In this document: piece after piece, positions 1 through 10,522 of the stretch | How positions within the stretch are numbered: the stretch's first letter is position 1 | Layout: each line of letters begins with the position of its first letter | NCBI GenBank assembly: GCA_963803435.1 | Contig: CAWDML010000001.1 | Span: forward strand, 256,001-320,000 | From: an uncultured delta proteobacterium | GTDB lineage: Bacteria; Myxococcota; Kuafuiibacteriia; Kuafuiibacteriales; Kuafuiibacteriaceae | Length of the DNA stretch: 64,000 nt | Direction of reading: 5' to 3' | The notes under the pieces: model-generated | What the model was told of the DNA's origin: nothing | Databases searched by the model: none | The model's input: the letters and a program-made list of their open reading frames with translations, nothing else | Translations under genes and position numbers: made by a program

Positions 1-63
1 CTGGGGCCTGCCGCCTCCATGGGCTGGACGCGATCGATTCGCTGCTGGTCCCGGGCCGCACGC

Positions 64-1666
64 TCACGGGGGGCGTGGTCCTCTACGAGATCCAGCGGCG
101 CGTCCGGCGCTGACCCGTGCACCGAGGGCGGCCTCGATCTCGGCAGGTCCGAAGCGCGGCGGCGCGGCGTCGCCGTAGCAGGCCTTGAACCAGTCGCAGA
201 GCACCAGATCGTGGACCTGGCGGGCCGTGAAGCGACCGTCGCGCTCCAGTCGCCGCACCGCTCCCTCGACCGACCGATCCAGCGAGAAGCGCGCCCGGCG
301 CGGGCGGTCCGGACGGTTTCGGAAGAGCAGCACCAGATCGGCCTTGGGCGAGGTCGTGTTCTTCTCGGTCACCGCCGGCGCCGAGCGCGACAGCGGCGCG
401 ACGCCCTCGAGAGAGAAGCCAGCGCCGCGACACGCGCGCATCAACGCCTCCCAGACCTCGATCTCCTTGTTGTTGAACGTCACCGCCATCAAGCCGTCGC
501 GCCGGAGCGCCTCCGAGGTCGCGACGAAGACCCTCGCCAGGCCGTCGGCGTAGAAGCGCTCGTCCTTCTCCTGGAAGGGATTGAAGGCAATCTCGCGCTC
601 CATCCGATGGCGGCCGCCGAGCCAGAGGTTCCAGAGCATCGACAGCTCCCCGTACTGGATCCCTTCGCCGCCGTACGGCGGAATCCGTGAAGACGAAGTC
701 GATGGAGCCGGGCTCGACGCGACGGGCGAGCTGCTCGGCGGCGTCCCCCAGGAACACGCGGGCGTCCGTCTCCCTGGCACCGCTCGCGCGCAGCGCCCGC
801 CTCATGTCGGCGACAGCCGCGCGGGTCTTCGCATAGCGATTGGTGAAGTAGTGCCAGACGTCGAGGTCCTGCCAGACGCGCGGCACCCAGTACGAGTTGA
901 GCTTCCAGCTGGGTCCGCCGGCGGCGCCCGAGAAGTCCGCGATCATCCGCGTGCACTGCGCGAGGTTGGCGGTGAAGGTGAGCGACAGGAGCTCGCGACA
1001 TCGGCGATCGGCGGTGCGGTCGATGGCGCGGCGCAGGTGGGCGACCGCGAAGAGATTCCTGGGCGTGAACAGATCCGAGAAGCGCTCCAGGCCGGCGCGG
1101 CGAAGCTTCTGCATCTGCCAGCCGAAGAACAGGGGAGCGTCCGGGTACTCGGGCATGCGGAAGTCCGTGCGGAGGGCGCGCGCGCGCTCATCCCGACGGA
1201 TCGGGCGCTCGCGAACCTTGCGCGAGCAGGCGCAGGCGAGCTTCACGCGGGTCGGCGCCTTGCCGTCGAACACGGTCGAGACCACCTCGGCGCGGCCGCC
1301 GCAGCAATCGCAGGTCGTCTTGCGCAAGGGATCGAGCAACGGCAGTAGCTCGGCTCGGATGGCCTCGAAGGCAGCGTCCAGGCGCTCCACCGGGACCGTG
1401 CGGAGTCGCGTGCGCGCGATGTGCACGGCGATGGGGTTGAGATCGATGCCGACGGCGCGGCGCCCGGCGAGGAGCGCCTCGGCGATCGAGACGCCGCTCC
1501 CGCAGAAGGGATCGAGGACGCACTCTCCGGGACGGCTGAAGGCAGCGATGTACGCAGCGATGACGTTCGCAGGCTTCTTGCCCCAGTACTTGTGCAGCCG
1601 GTAGCGCGGCGGAAACGTCTCGGCCTCGACCAGGGGGAGCTCGATTCCCGTGCTTCGCCCACCCAT
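64..1666 (-). CDS. Amino-(N6-A/N4-C) DNA methyltransferase with Zn-ribbon insert; 1-nt frameshift at 681-685
   Basis: HKYWGKKP N-terminus, motif I VLDPFCGSG, GIDLNP, CDCC...CAC. Removing one base of GAATC(681-685) joins ORF 83..1987 to ORF 64..780 and restores FVFTDPPYG. Start ATG 1666 (alternative 1684). Confidence 0.85.
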
Positions 1667-1682
1667 CCGCGCTCGGTCGCGC

Positions 1683-4212
1683 ATGGTAGCACACCGAGCT
1701 ATCGTCGATGGGTTGGCGGAGCTTCTGATCGAGCTCGAGCGCGCGCATCTCGATCCGGCGCGCCCGCATCTCGCCCGCGCGCGGCGGGTGGTGAAGGGCG
1801 CGCGGACGGGACGAGAGGCGTGGGAGCGCCTCCGGAGCGAGGGCCTGGTACCGCCCGGCGAGCGGCTGTTCCGGGTGACCGCGCGGGAGCTGGCGAGAGC
1901 GGAGGAGCGCCCGGAGGACCTCCGCCGGCTCAACCTCAGCCACGTCTCGGCGACGCCGCACGCGCAGGCGCTCGCGTACCCCGCCACCCCCGAGGCCGCG
2001 GCGCTCTACGCCTCGACCGGGCTCCTCGCGATCGCGGAGCTGCATGCCCGCGCCTTCGTGGCCCGGCTGGAGGCCTTCCGGTTCCTCCTCGAGCGCGACC
2101 CACCGGCGGGCGCACGCGCCCCGATCTGGCGCCTGCTGGGCTCGCCCGCGGCCCGACCGACCGACGGCCCCTCGATCTGCGACGTCGAGGGAGCCCACCT
2201 GCTGGCAGAGCTCGCAAGCCAGCTTGCGTCGACCCAACTCCCATCGCCTGGCGTGATCCGGTTCTTCGCAGCGCTCACCCATGCGACCGCCTCCCAGCTG
2301 TGGGCGCGGGCCGAACGCCCGATCCCGGCGCAGCTCAGACTGGGCGCGCGCCTGATCCCGACGCCGGCGCGCCTGATCGGCGTCCGCCTGGTGCACTTCG
2401 CCAACCCGTTCGAGCCGCTGGTCGAGATCTCGGCGTCTGGGCCTGGGGATCCGCCGTCTCTCACGGGAGACGATGCTCTTGTACGTGCCCCATCCCGCGC
2501 CGCGATCCAGCCCGGCCGGCGCCCGCGTGCAGCACGCCGCCGAGGACGAGCTCCGGCGCGCGGTGCTGGCGGCGGACGCGCGGCGCGCGGTGGAGTGCCT
2601 CGAGCGCGGTGTCGACGGCGACGCCGAGGACGCGCGCGGTCGCAACACGCTCCACTGTGCGATCTTCGCCGGGCACCGAACGCAGGTTGCCTTGCTCTCG
2701 GCGCTGCTGGCCTCGGGCGCGGATCCGTATCGGCAGGACGACGACGGCATGACCCCGCTGGCGGCGGCGGTCGCCCGCGACGAGCGCCGGCTGGTGAACG
2801 CGCTCCTCGATCTGGGGATCGAGCTCGACCATCGGCTCGGCGGCGGGCGTTCCATGCTCCACGTGGCGGCGAGGAGCGGCTCCGCGCGGGCGATCGATCT
2901 CCTGGTCGCGCGCGGGCTGGATCCCGATGTTCGCTGCCTCCGCGGGCGCACGCCCCTGCACGAGGCTGCCGGCAGCCGCGCCTCCTACGCGCACGAGGCG
3001 ATCCGCGCGCTGATCGATCGCGGTGCGGATCCGAACGCGCGCGACCGCTTCGGTTGGACGCCGCTCCACGCTGCGGCCGTGAATCCGTACGGCGGCACGG
3101 CCCTGGCTGAGCTGCTGGTGGAGCGCGGCGCCCAGGCGCTCCCCGACCGGGGCGGGCGCCTCCCCTCCGACCTCGCCACCGGTGAATCGCTGACCGCCGC
3201 GGTCCAGCGTGCGCCCCGGGGCGTGGCCACGCCGCTCGATCCGCTCCCGGAGCCGGCGCGACACCCCGGGCTGGAAGACGCGATCCACGCGGCCCCCGGC
3301 GATGCCGAGCCCTGGTCGGTCTACGCCGATTGGCTGGCGTCTGAAGGCGATCCTCGCGCTGAGCTCATCCAGCTCGGCCTGGCCGTCGGGCGCGCCCGGG
3401 GAAAGAGCCGCGATCGACTCCGTCGCGAGCTCCGGCTCGCCCTCGAGGATCGGCAGTTCGAGCTCCTCGGCGAGCTCCAGAGGATCGACGCGACCATCGC
3501 GGCTCGACCGAGCCGGGCCTACGGGTTCGAGCACGGCTTCCTCACGCGACTCGATCACCGCGGCACCGTCACCACCCTGCGCGCCATCCTCATCACGCAC
3601 GCGGCGCGCTTTCTCACGCATCTGTCCGCCCCCGGCGCGCAGAGCGTGGTGGGCCTCCTCCGGTCGATGGGCTCCTCGAGCCTGGCCTCGCTGGCGCTCG
3701 CGATGCCGGCCCCGCCGCTCGACGCCTCGCTGGCCGCGGCCCTCCCCAGGGTGCGCCGGCTCGACCTGGGCGGAATCCTGCCACGCTCGATCGTCTGGCC
3801 CGGACTGGAGGCGCTCACCTTCGTCGGACAGGGGGTCCGCGCCGACGGGCCATCGCACCTCGACGCGGAGCTGCCTGATCTGCGCCACCTCCGGCTGGTC
3901 GTCCCGGAGGCGCGCGATCGCCCGCGCCTGCTCGCCCTCGCCCGCGCCTCGCTTCCCCGCGTGACGACCCTGGGCTTCGTCGGCCCGGCGGAGGCCTTCC
4001 GGGAGATCGCGCACGCCGAATGGTTCGGTCGGATCGAGCGGATCGAGCCCATCCGCGTGGGGGCCGAGGCCCTCGGATGGTTGGAGCGGATCATCGCTGA
4101 ACTTCCCCAGCTCGAACGCATTCGGATCGTGGCGCCCCGGCTCAGCCTGGCCTCGAAGCGCGCGCTGGCGGACCGCCTCTCGGCGCTGGGTCCCAAGGTC
4201 CGCGTGTCGTGA
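1683..4212 (+). CDS. Ankyrin-repeat / TIGR02996-like / LRR-like multidomain protein; probable frameshift near 2440 (or two genes, 1683-~2440 and 2473-4212)
   Basis: Ankyrin repeats GRNTLHCA, GMTPLAAA, GRTPLHEA, GWTPLHAA. LEDAIHAAPGD..WSVYADWL..EGDPRAELIQL resembles TIGR02996. The upstream frame turns to low-complexity text after NPFEPLVEISA; removing 1 nt reads into MLLYVP. Confidence 0.7.
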
Positions 4213-4263
4213 AGGGTGAGCAGGATCCACCACCGTCGACGGGCGGGCGGGGACCTCTCTACA

Positions 4264-4956
4264 ATGATCGGATTGAGCCTGAGGGGTGAGCTGCAAGCCA
4301 TGGTGTTCGGTGGAGTGGTGCCCTCGGCGCAGCGCTCCTCGGTGTTCGAGCTCCATCGTCGCGCGCTGTTGCCGGCCGCGCTCGTCTTTCACACGGCGGC
4401 GATCGGGCTGCCGTTTCTCTTGACCGCGCCCGGCCTCTTCCTGGGCTGGCTCCCCGGCGCGGCGCTCGGCTCGCTGGTCGGGCTCGGGTTGACGTTCTCG
4501 ATGCTCAACCGCGGCGCGCTGATCGGGAACGCGCGGCTCGAGCGCAGGCTCCGCTCACGGCTGATGGCGTTCACCGACCGGCTCGAGTTCGTCGGCATCT
4601 GCGAGCTCGAGAACAACACGCTCGAGCGGCGGATCCGCCGCTTCGAGACGGACGACAACGTCGGGCTGCTGGCGGTCACCGACGAGAAGCTCGTCGTCCT
4701 CACCGAGGACGGCAAGATCGAGGTCTTCCGGGAGGACGTCTCGTCGGTCACGCTCGAGCCGCTCCCCGACTATCCGCGGCTCTCCTGGGTCCGGATCGAG
4801 TTCGATCGTGGTGAGGAACGCCAGGGCTTCTTGCTGATGTCGCGGGACGCGAAAAACCTGGAAGAGATTCGATCACACACCCAGGTGCTGTTCCGTCGAT
4901 TGGTGCAATGGCACTGGGAAAGTCAGCTTGCATGGCTCGAAAAGTCGCGCACCTGA
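4264..4956 (+). CDS. Hypothetical membrane protein
   Basis: Two hydrophobic segments followed by a soluble beta-rich domain; GC3-biased codons. Start uncertain (4216, 4264 or 4300). Confidence 0.6.
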   Translation: MIGLSLRGELQAMVFGGVVPSAQRSSVFELHRRALLPAALVFHTAAIGLPFLLTAPGLFLGWLPGAALGSLVGLGLTFSMLNRGALIGNARLERRLRSRLMAFTDRLEFVGICELENNTLERRIRRFETDDNVGLLAVTDEKLVVLTEDGKIEVFREDVSSVTLEPLPDYPRLSWVRIEFDRGEERQGFLLMSRDAKNLEEIRSHTQVLFRRLVQWHWESQLAWLEKSRT

Positions 4957-4998
4957 GCGGGTGACCCTCAATCCGGCCCGTGCTAGGAGAAGGGGCCG

Positions 4999-6165
4999 AT
5001 GGGGAGCGCGCTGGAGCACGCCTTCGGGAAGCACTTCATAGTTCGGGCCCCGGTCCCGGCCACGGTCAACCGCGGGCAGGCGAACTATAAGAGTGAAATC
5101 GGTCACATGGAGTTCTTTCCCCGGGTCGCCTACGAGGAGTGGCTGGGCGTCCTGGAGGGCATCCGGCGCCTGGGCGGAGACGCCATCTTCGAGTTCGAGC
5201 CCGAGGACGAGCCCTTCCTCGGCCACGAGACCCTGGTGGTCGACGGCGACGGCTACCTTCGCCCGCTCGGCTCTGCGGAGATCCTCGGCGAGATCGAGGA
5301 CCTCATGACGGGACGAGTGTTCGCGGCGAACGGTCCGTGGATCGTGCGCGCGGACTCGACCCTGCGGGCGGTGCTCCCGAACATGATCGAGCATCGCAAG
5401 CAAGAGAACGCATACTTCTCGCGGGTGCTCTGGAAGCTCGCGGAGCAGGCCGGCCTCGATCTGGTGATCGCCGACAACCCGAACCGCTGGGAGGGCATGG
5501 CGGACGTGGCGCCGATCCGCGATCGCGTGCTGCTGACGTTCACCGTCCGCGGGCACTACGCCAACAACGGCGACGCCGGCGACAAGGTCCTCCGCTCCTC
5601 CAAGAAGGGGCTCAAGTACGCCGCCGACTTTGTCGGGGTGCCCGAGTCCAAGCGCATCTACGCCGAGCTGGTCTATCCGCACTTCCACGGCGACACCGTC
5701 CACTTCGTGGTGCGCGCCGGCGATGCCGAGCCCGTGCTGGTGCAGTTCCCGGGTGGTCTCTTCGCGGGCGAGGCGCAGAAGATCCGGGATCAGCTCGGGC
5801 CCGACGCCGTCGTCGAGATCGAGCGGGACGACACCACCACCGGCGCCTTCGCCGCCAACTCGCGCCAGGTCGGTAAGGGCCTGCTGGTGCCGCAGGGCGT
5901 CTCGGATCGTTTCCTGGGCGCGATGGAAGCGCTCGGCCTCCATCCGAGACGCGTCCGCGTGAACGAGCTCTTCGGCAAGGCCGGCGGTGGTCCCGCCTGC
6001 GCGATGCTCCCGATCCCGGCGAACGTGCCGATCCCGGACAACTCTCCGCTGCGCTACTCGGTGATCCGCGAGCTGGTGGCGGGACGGCGCGACCGCATTC
6101 CGACGCGCCTCATGGTGTCGTCGGAGTTCTACGAGTCCAGAAGCCCGGCGGTCGTTCGAGACTGA
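4999..6165 (+). CDS. Amidinotransferase / dimethylarginine dimethylaminohydrolase-like (pentein superfamily) protein
   Basis: VFAANG, WEGMADV, HFHGDT, FAANS and C-terminal ELFGKAGGGPAC motifs; GGAG SD upstream. Confidence 0.75.
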   Translation: MGSALEHAFGKHFIVRAPVPATVNRGQANYKSEIGHMEFFPRVAYEEWLGVLEGIRRLGGDAIFEFEPEDEPFLGHETLVVDGDGYLRPLGSAEILGEIEDLMTGRVFAANGPWIVRADSTLRAVLPNMIEHRKQENAYFSRVLWKLAEQAGLDLVIADNPNRWEGMADVAPIRDRVLLTFTVRGHYANNGDAGDKVLRSSKKGLKYAADFVGVPESKRIYAELVYPHFHGDTVHFVVRAGDAEPVLVQFPGGLFAGEAQKIRDQLGPDAVVEIERDDTTTGAFAANSRQVGKGLLVPQGVSDRFLGAMEALGLHPRRVRVNELFGKAGGGPACAMLPIPANVPIPDNSPLRYSVIRELVAGRRDRIPTRLMVSSEFYESRSPAVVRD

Positions 6166-7619
6166 GCCGCCTTCTTCGTGATCCGAGCGATCGCCGCCTT
6201 GAGCGCGTTCGCGCCGACCGGCTTCTCCAGGAGCTGATTGGCGACCGTCCCGGCGAAGGTGCGCGCGCGGGGCGTGAAGGCGCCGCCGCTGCAGAAGATG
6301 ATCCGCGGGATGAGATCGGGCGCGGTGCGCGCGAGCTCCTCGTAGATCATCGGTCCGTCGACGTGCGGCATCATCAGATCACAGATGACCGCGTCGAAGT
6401 TTGGGTCGTAACGCAAGAGCTCGAGCGCCTCCTCGCCCCCCGCCGCGGTGACGACCTCGCACGAGTCGGCGAGCATGCGACGGTAAGCCTTGAGGAGCAG
6501 CGTCTCGTCGTCGATGAGGAGAACGCGCGCGCCCCTGGGGACCTCGGCCTTGTCTTCGTCGACCGGCTTCGCGCGCAGCGGGACCTCGGCTGCGAGGCCG
6601 GTGTGCAGCGGCAAGAGCACGTCGAAGCGCGTGCCGCGGTCCACCTGGGTGACCATCCGGAGATCGCCCCGGTGATGGCGCACGATGTCGACGCAGACCG
6701 GGAGCCCCAGCCCCACATTCTTCGGACCCGACTTGGTGGTGAAGAAGGGCTCGAACACCAGGTGCTGGACCTCCTTGGGGATGCCGGGGCCCGAGTCGAT
6801 CACCGAGATCACGATCTGATCGCCGGCGAGCTCGGTGCGGATCTCGACGAAGTGGTGTCCGGCCGCGCCCTCCTCGATCGCCTCCGCGGAGTTCATGAGA
6901 AGGTTGACCATCACCTGGGTGAGCCGGCCGCGATCGGCGGCGATCACAGGTACGTCGCCCAACGCCTTGATGAGCCGCGCCCGGTGACGGACCTGGTTGT
7001 AGACGATGCTACAGGCGGCGTTGACAACCTCGTTGATCTGCACGGCCTCGACGCGGTCCTGATCGAGCTGCGAGAAGTCCATCAGGTTCCGGACGATCGA
7101 GCTGATCCGGCTCATGCCCTGGAGATTCTCGGAGATGATCTCGCGCGCCTCGCCGAGCAGCCGCTCCAGCTCGACCTTCGGCGGCTGCGGGGCGAGCGCC
7201 AGGATCGAGACAGCGTCGACGACCTCCCGGAGGACCTGGAGGTTGGCCGCCACGTAGGCAGCCGGGTTGTTCACTTCATGGGCGACCCCGGCGGCGAGCT
7301 GCGCCATTCCCAGGACGAGCTCGGATTTGCGCTGCTGCGCTTCGGCGTGAATGGGATCGTGCTCCGGCGAAAGGTCCACCGTCTCTTTCGCCCCCGGATC
7401 ATGACCGTCGGTCGTCAGGACGGTCGTGCGAGCCCGCATGCGAATGCGGCGCACCAGGTCCGCCGATTGGCTGGGAACCAGCACCAGCTCGCAGGGCTCG
7501 GCGAGCGCGCGCTCGAGCTCCAAGAGCGGCACCTCGAGGACCTCGAACCGAGGATCTGCGCGCCAGCCGTCGGGGATCGTCGCACCGACCAGCGCCACTA
7601 TTCGCATCGGCTGGAGCAC
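6129..7619 (-). CDS. Hybrid sensor histidine kinase / response regulator
   Basis: H-box GVAHEVNNP, N-box NLLMNSAEA, DSGPGI, FEPFFTTK, GLGL; C-terminal REC domain (LLIDDE, CDLMMP, LEKP). Confidence 0.9.
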   Translation of the reverse strand: MLQPMRIVALVGATIPDGWRADPRFEVLEVPLLELERALAEPCELVLVPSQSADLVRRIRMRARTTVLTTDGHDPGAKETVDLSPEHDPIHAEAQQRKSELVLGMAQLAAGVAHEVNNPAAYVAANLQVLREVVDAVSILALAPQPPKVELERLLGEAREIISENLQGMSRISSIVRNLMDFSQLDQDRVEAVQINEVVNAACSIVYNQVRHRARLIKALGDVPVIAADRGRLTQVMVNLLMNSAEAIEEGAAGHHFVEIRTELAGDQIVISVIDSGPGIPKEVQHLVFEPFFTTKSGPKNVGLGLPVCVDIVRHHRGDLRMVTQVDRGTRFDVLLPLHTGLAAEVPLRAKPVDEDKAEVPRGARVLLIDDETLLLKAYRRMLADSCEVVTAAGGEEALELLRYDPNFDAVICDLMMPHVDGPMIYEELARTAPDLIPRIIFCSGGAFTPRARTFAGTVANQLLEKPVGANALKAAIARITKKAAQSRTTAGLLDS

Positions 7620-7675
7620 GATGACGCACCCTTCGGCGCGTCCGGTCGAACCTTGAGTCTTCCCGTGCGATCGGG

Positions 7676-9787
7676 GTGAACTTGGCCCGTCGATTCGTGG
7701 CCCGCCCCGTCAAACCCCTCGGTCTGGTGCTGCTCGCCCTCTCGACGGTCCCGCGGGACGCGCAGGCCGACGAGGGGATGTGGCCGTTCAACCGCGTGCC
7801 GATCGAGGCCATCCAGGCCCGACACCACGTCACGCTCGACGCGGCCTGGCTCGAGAAAGCCATGCGCGCCGGGGTCCGACTGAACGACCACGCCTCGGGG
7901 AGCTTCGTCTCGCCGTCGGGCCTCCTGCTCACCAACCATCACGTGGCCGCCGAGTGCATCCAGCAGCTCAGCGGCCAGGAGGGATCCGCGGACCTGATGA
8001 AGGACGGCTTCGTCGCGCAGGCGCGGGAACAAGAGCGGCGCTGCCCCGGCCTGGAGGTCGACGCGCTGCGATCGATCGAAGACGTGACCGAAGAGGTCGA
8101 GGCTGCCCGCGTCCACGGCCGCGCCACGGAACCGGCGCGCAACGCCGCGCGCAAGGCGGTGATGGCCAGGATCGAGAAGGCCTGCGCGCGAAAGACCGGG
8201 CTCCGCTGCGATGTGGTGACGCTCTACTCGGGCGGGGCCTACCACCTCTATCGCTACCAGAAGTACACGGACATCCGCCTGGTCTTCGCGCCCGAGCTCG
8301 AGGTTGCCTTCTTCGGAGGCGATCACGACAACTTCGACTACCCTCGCTTCTGTCTCGACGTCGCCCTCCTCCGCGCCTACCAGAACGACGCGCCCGCAAA
8401 GATCGACGACTACTTTCATCTCTCCAAGACCGGGGCCGCCGAGGGCGACAGCGTCTTCATCGCTGGGAACCCACGGGCTACCGATCGGTTCGTGCCGGTC
8501 TCGGAGCTGGAGCTGCTCAAGGACGTCGCCTACCCCTTCCTGCTGCAGCGACTTCGGTTCGAGCGGGACGCGCTCCGGGCCTACTCGGAGAAGAGCGCCG
8601 CGCACGCGAAAGCCGCGCGCCGCGAGCTGATGCGCACCGAGAACGCCCTCAAGGCATACACCGGCTACTTCGGGGGGCTGTCCGACCGGGCGCTCTTGGA
8701 CGAGGCCCGGAAGCGGGAGGTGCACCTGATCTCCGCGGTCCGAGCGCTGAAGAACAAGAAGAAGCGGGATCGACTCCTGGAGGCCTGGCCGGCGCTGGAG
8801 ACGGCGAACAAGAAGATGGGCGCGATCTACCGGGCCTACTCGATGCTCGAGAAGTGGCCCCCCGAAGCCTACCTGGCCCAGACCGCACGACATCTGCTGC
8901 GCCACGCCCAGGAGATGGAGAAGAAGAACGAGGTCCGGCTCAGCGAGTATCGCGACAGCAACCTGGAGAGCGTCGAGGCCTCGCTGTTCGCCTCACCGCC
9001 GATCGATCGCGACCTCGAGACCGAGCTGATGGTGATCGGGCTCGGGGACATCACCGCCGGGCTCGGCGCGAACGATCCGCTGATCAAGAAGATCCTGGGC
9101 AGCGACAGCGTCGAGGCCCGGGCGCGGCAGGCGGTCGAGGGCACGAAGCTCGGTGACGTCGAGGTGCGCAAGAAGCTCTGGCGCGGCGGCGCCAAGGCGA
9201 TCCGCGACGCAAGGGATCCGATGCTCGAGCTGGTCTCGACGTACGACGCACGGGCGCTGGCGCTGCGGCGGCAGTTCGAAGACGAGGTCGAGAGCGTCCA
9301 ACGCAAGTACTCGGGCCGGATCGCCGAGGCCTACACGGATGCGTTCGGCCGCTCCATCTACCCGAACGCCACCTTTACGCCCCGCTTCAACGACGGCCGG
9401 GTCGCCGGGTACTCAGCGGGTGGTCATCCGGTCGCGTGGCGCACGACGTTCGCGGGAATGTTCGCCAAGTACGACGAGGCCAAGGGCAAAGAGCCCTACA
9501 CGCTCCCCGAGCGCTGGCTTCACAAGAAGGCCAGCCTCGAGCTGGATACGCCGCTCGACTTCCTCACCACCAACGACATCATCGGAGGGAACTCGGGCAG
9601 CCCCATCCTCTCGGCGGACGGCAAGGTCGTCGGCGTGATCTTCGACGGCAACCTCCCCCAGCTGCCGAACCGGTTCCTCTATCGCGAAGAGCAAGCCCGG
9701 GCGATCGGAGTGCACGGGCGCGCCCTCCTGCACGCGCTGGACGCGGTGTACGAGGCCGGCGCCCTCGTTCAGGAGCTGACGCGGTAG
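7676..9787 (+). CDS. S46 family dipeptidyl peptidase (DPP7/DPP11-like)
   Basis: Signal peptide then ADEGMW, LLTNHHVA, FGGDHDNF, TTNDIIGGNSGSP, FDGN. Confidence 0.92.
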   Translation: MNLARRFVARPVKPLGLVLLALSTVPRDAQADEGMWPFNRVPIEAIQARHHVTLDAAWLEKAMRAGVRLNDHASGSFVSPSGLLLTNHHVAAECIQQLSGQEGSADLMKDGFVAQAREQERRCPGLEVDALRSIEDVTEEVEAARVHGRATEPARNAARKAVMARIEKACARKTGLRCDVVTLYSGGAYHLYRYQKYTDIRLVFAPELEVAFFGGDHDNFDYPRFCLDVALLRAYQNDAPAKIDDYFHLSKTGAAEGDSVFIAGNPRATDRFVPVSELELLKDVAYPFLLQRLRFERDALRAYSEKSAAHAKAARRELMRTENALKAYTGYFGGLSDRALLDEARKREVHLISAVRALKNKKKRDRLLEAWPALETANKKMGAIYRAYSMLEKWPPEAYLAQTARHLLRHAQEMEKKNEVRLSEYRDSNLESVEASLFASPPIDRDLETELMVIGLGDITAGLGANDPLIKKILGSDSVEARARQAVEGTKLGDVEVRKKLWRGGAKAIRDARDPMLELVSTYDARALALRRQFEDEVESVQRKYSGRIAEAYTDAFGRSIYPNATFTPRFNDGRVAGYSAGGHPVAWRTTFAGMFAKYDEAKGKEPYTLPERWLHKKASLELDTPLDFLTTNDIIGGNSGSPILSADGKVVGVIFDGNLPQLPNRFLYREEQARAIGVHGRALLHALDAVYEAGALVQELTR

Positions 9788-10447
9788 CGCTTCGCGATCA
9801 GGACGCCCTCGCGCAGCGGTACCGCCACCGCCTCGAAGTCGGGGTCCTGGGCCAGCATCCGGTTGAGACCGTCGGCGCCCGCCCTCGACGCGTTCTTCTC
9901 GTCGTCGATCCACCACGAGCCAGCGCCGAGCACGTTATCGGCGATCAGGAGGCCGCCCGCGCGGATCATCGGGCGTGCGAGCCGGAAGTAGTCGGGGTAC
10001 TCGTCCTTGATCGCGTCGACGAAGAGGAGATCGATCGACTCGGGCCCCAGCTCCTCCATCAGCTGGGGCAGCACCTCCAGCCCGTAGCCGCGGCGGATGT
10101 CGACCTTGCCGGCGACCCCCGCTCGCTCCAGCTGCTCCTGTGCAAAGTCGGCATGGAGCGGCATCGGCTCGATGGTGGTCAGGTGCCCCGTCGGTGCCAG
10201 GCCACGAGCGATCCAGAATCGCGGAGAAACCGCCCAGCGTCCCGACCTCCACCGCCCGCTCGCCTCGGGTCATCGAGGCCAGCATCATCAGCAGCCGGCC
10301 CACATCGGGTGAGACGGCGATGTCGGGAAGTCCGCGCGCCACTCCTTCCTCCATCAGGTGTTCGAGATGCGAGTCGCTCTGGCCGAACACGTTGCGAAGA
10401 TATTCAGCGGTGTAGCGCCACCGCGCCGGCGTCATCTCCATCGGCAC
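9769..10447 (-). CDS. O-methyltransferase (CCoAOMT/COMT-like); frameshift at 10216-10220
   Basis: VEVGTLGGFSA + (repaired) IWIARGL..GHLTTIE, DLLFVDAIKDEYPDY, GGLLIADNVL. Confidence 0.88.
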
Positions 10448-10522
10448 GATGATGCCCGACCCTGCGCCGGGGGGCGACAGCTTCCTTGGCGGCGGCCCTG
10501 GGAGTTACGCTGTTTTGGTCCC

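Noticed and set aside
3-113. Possible 3' end of a gene entering from the left (..GGVVLYEIQRRVRR-stop)
   Set aside because: Only 36 codons and overlapping the MTase end; too little to assign.
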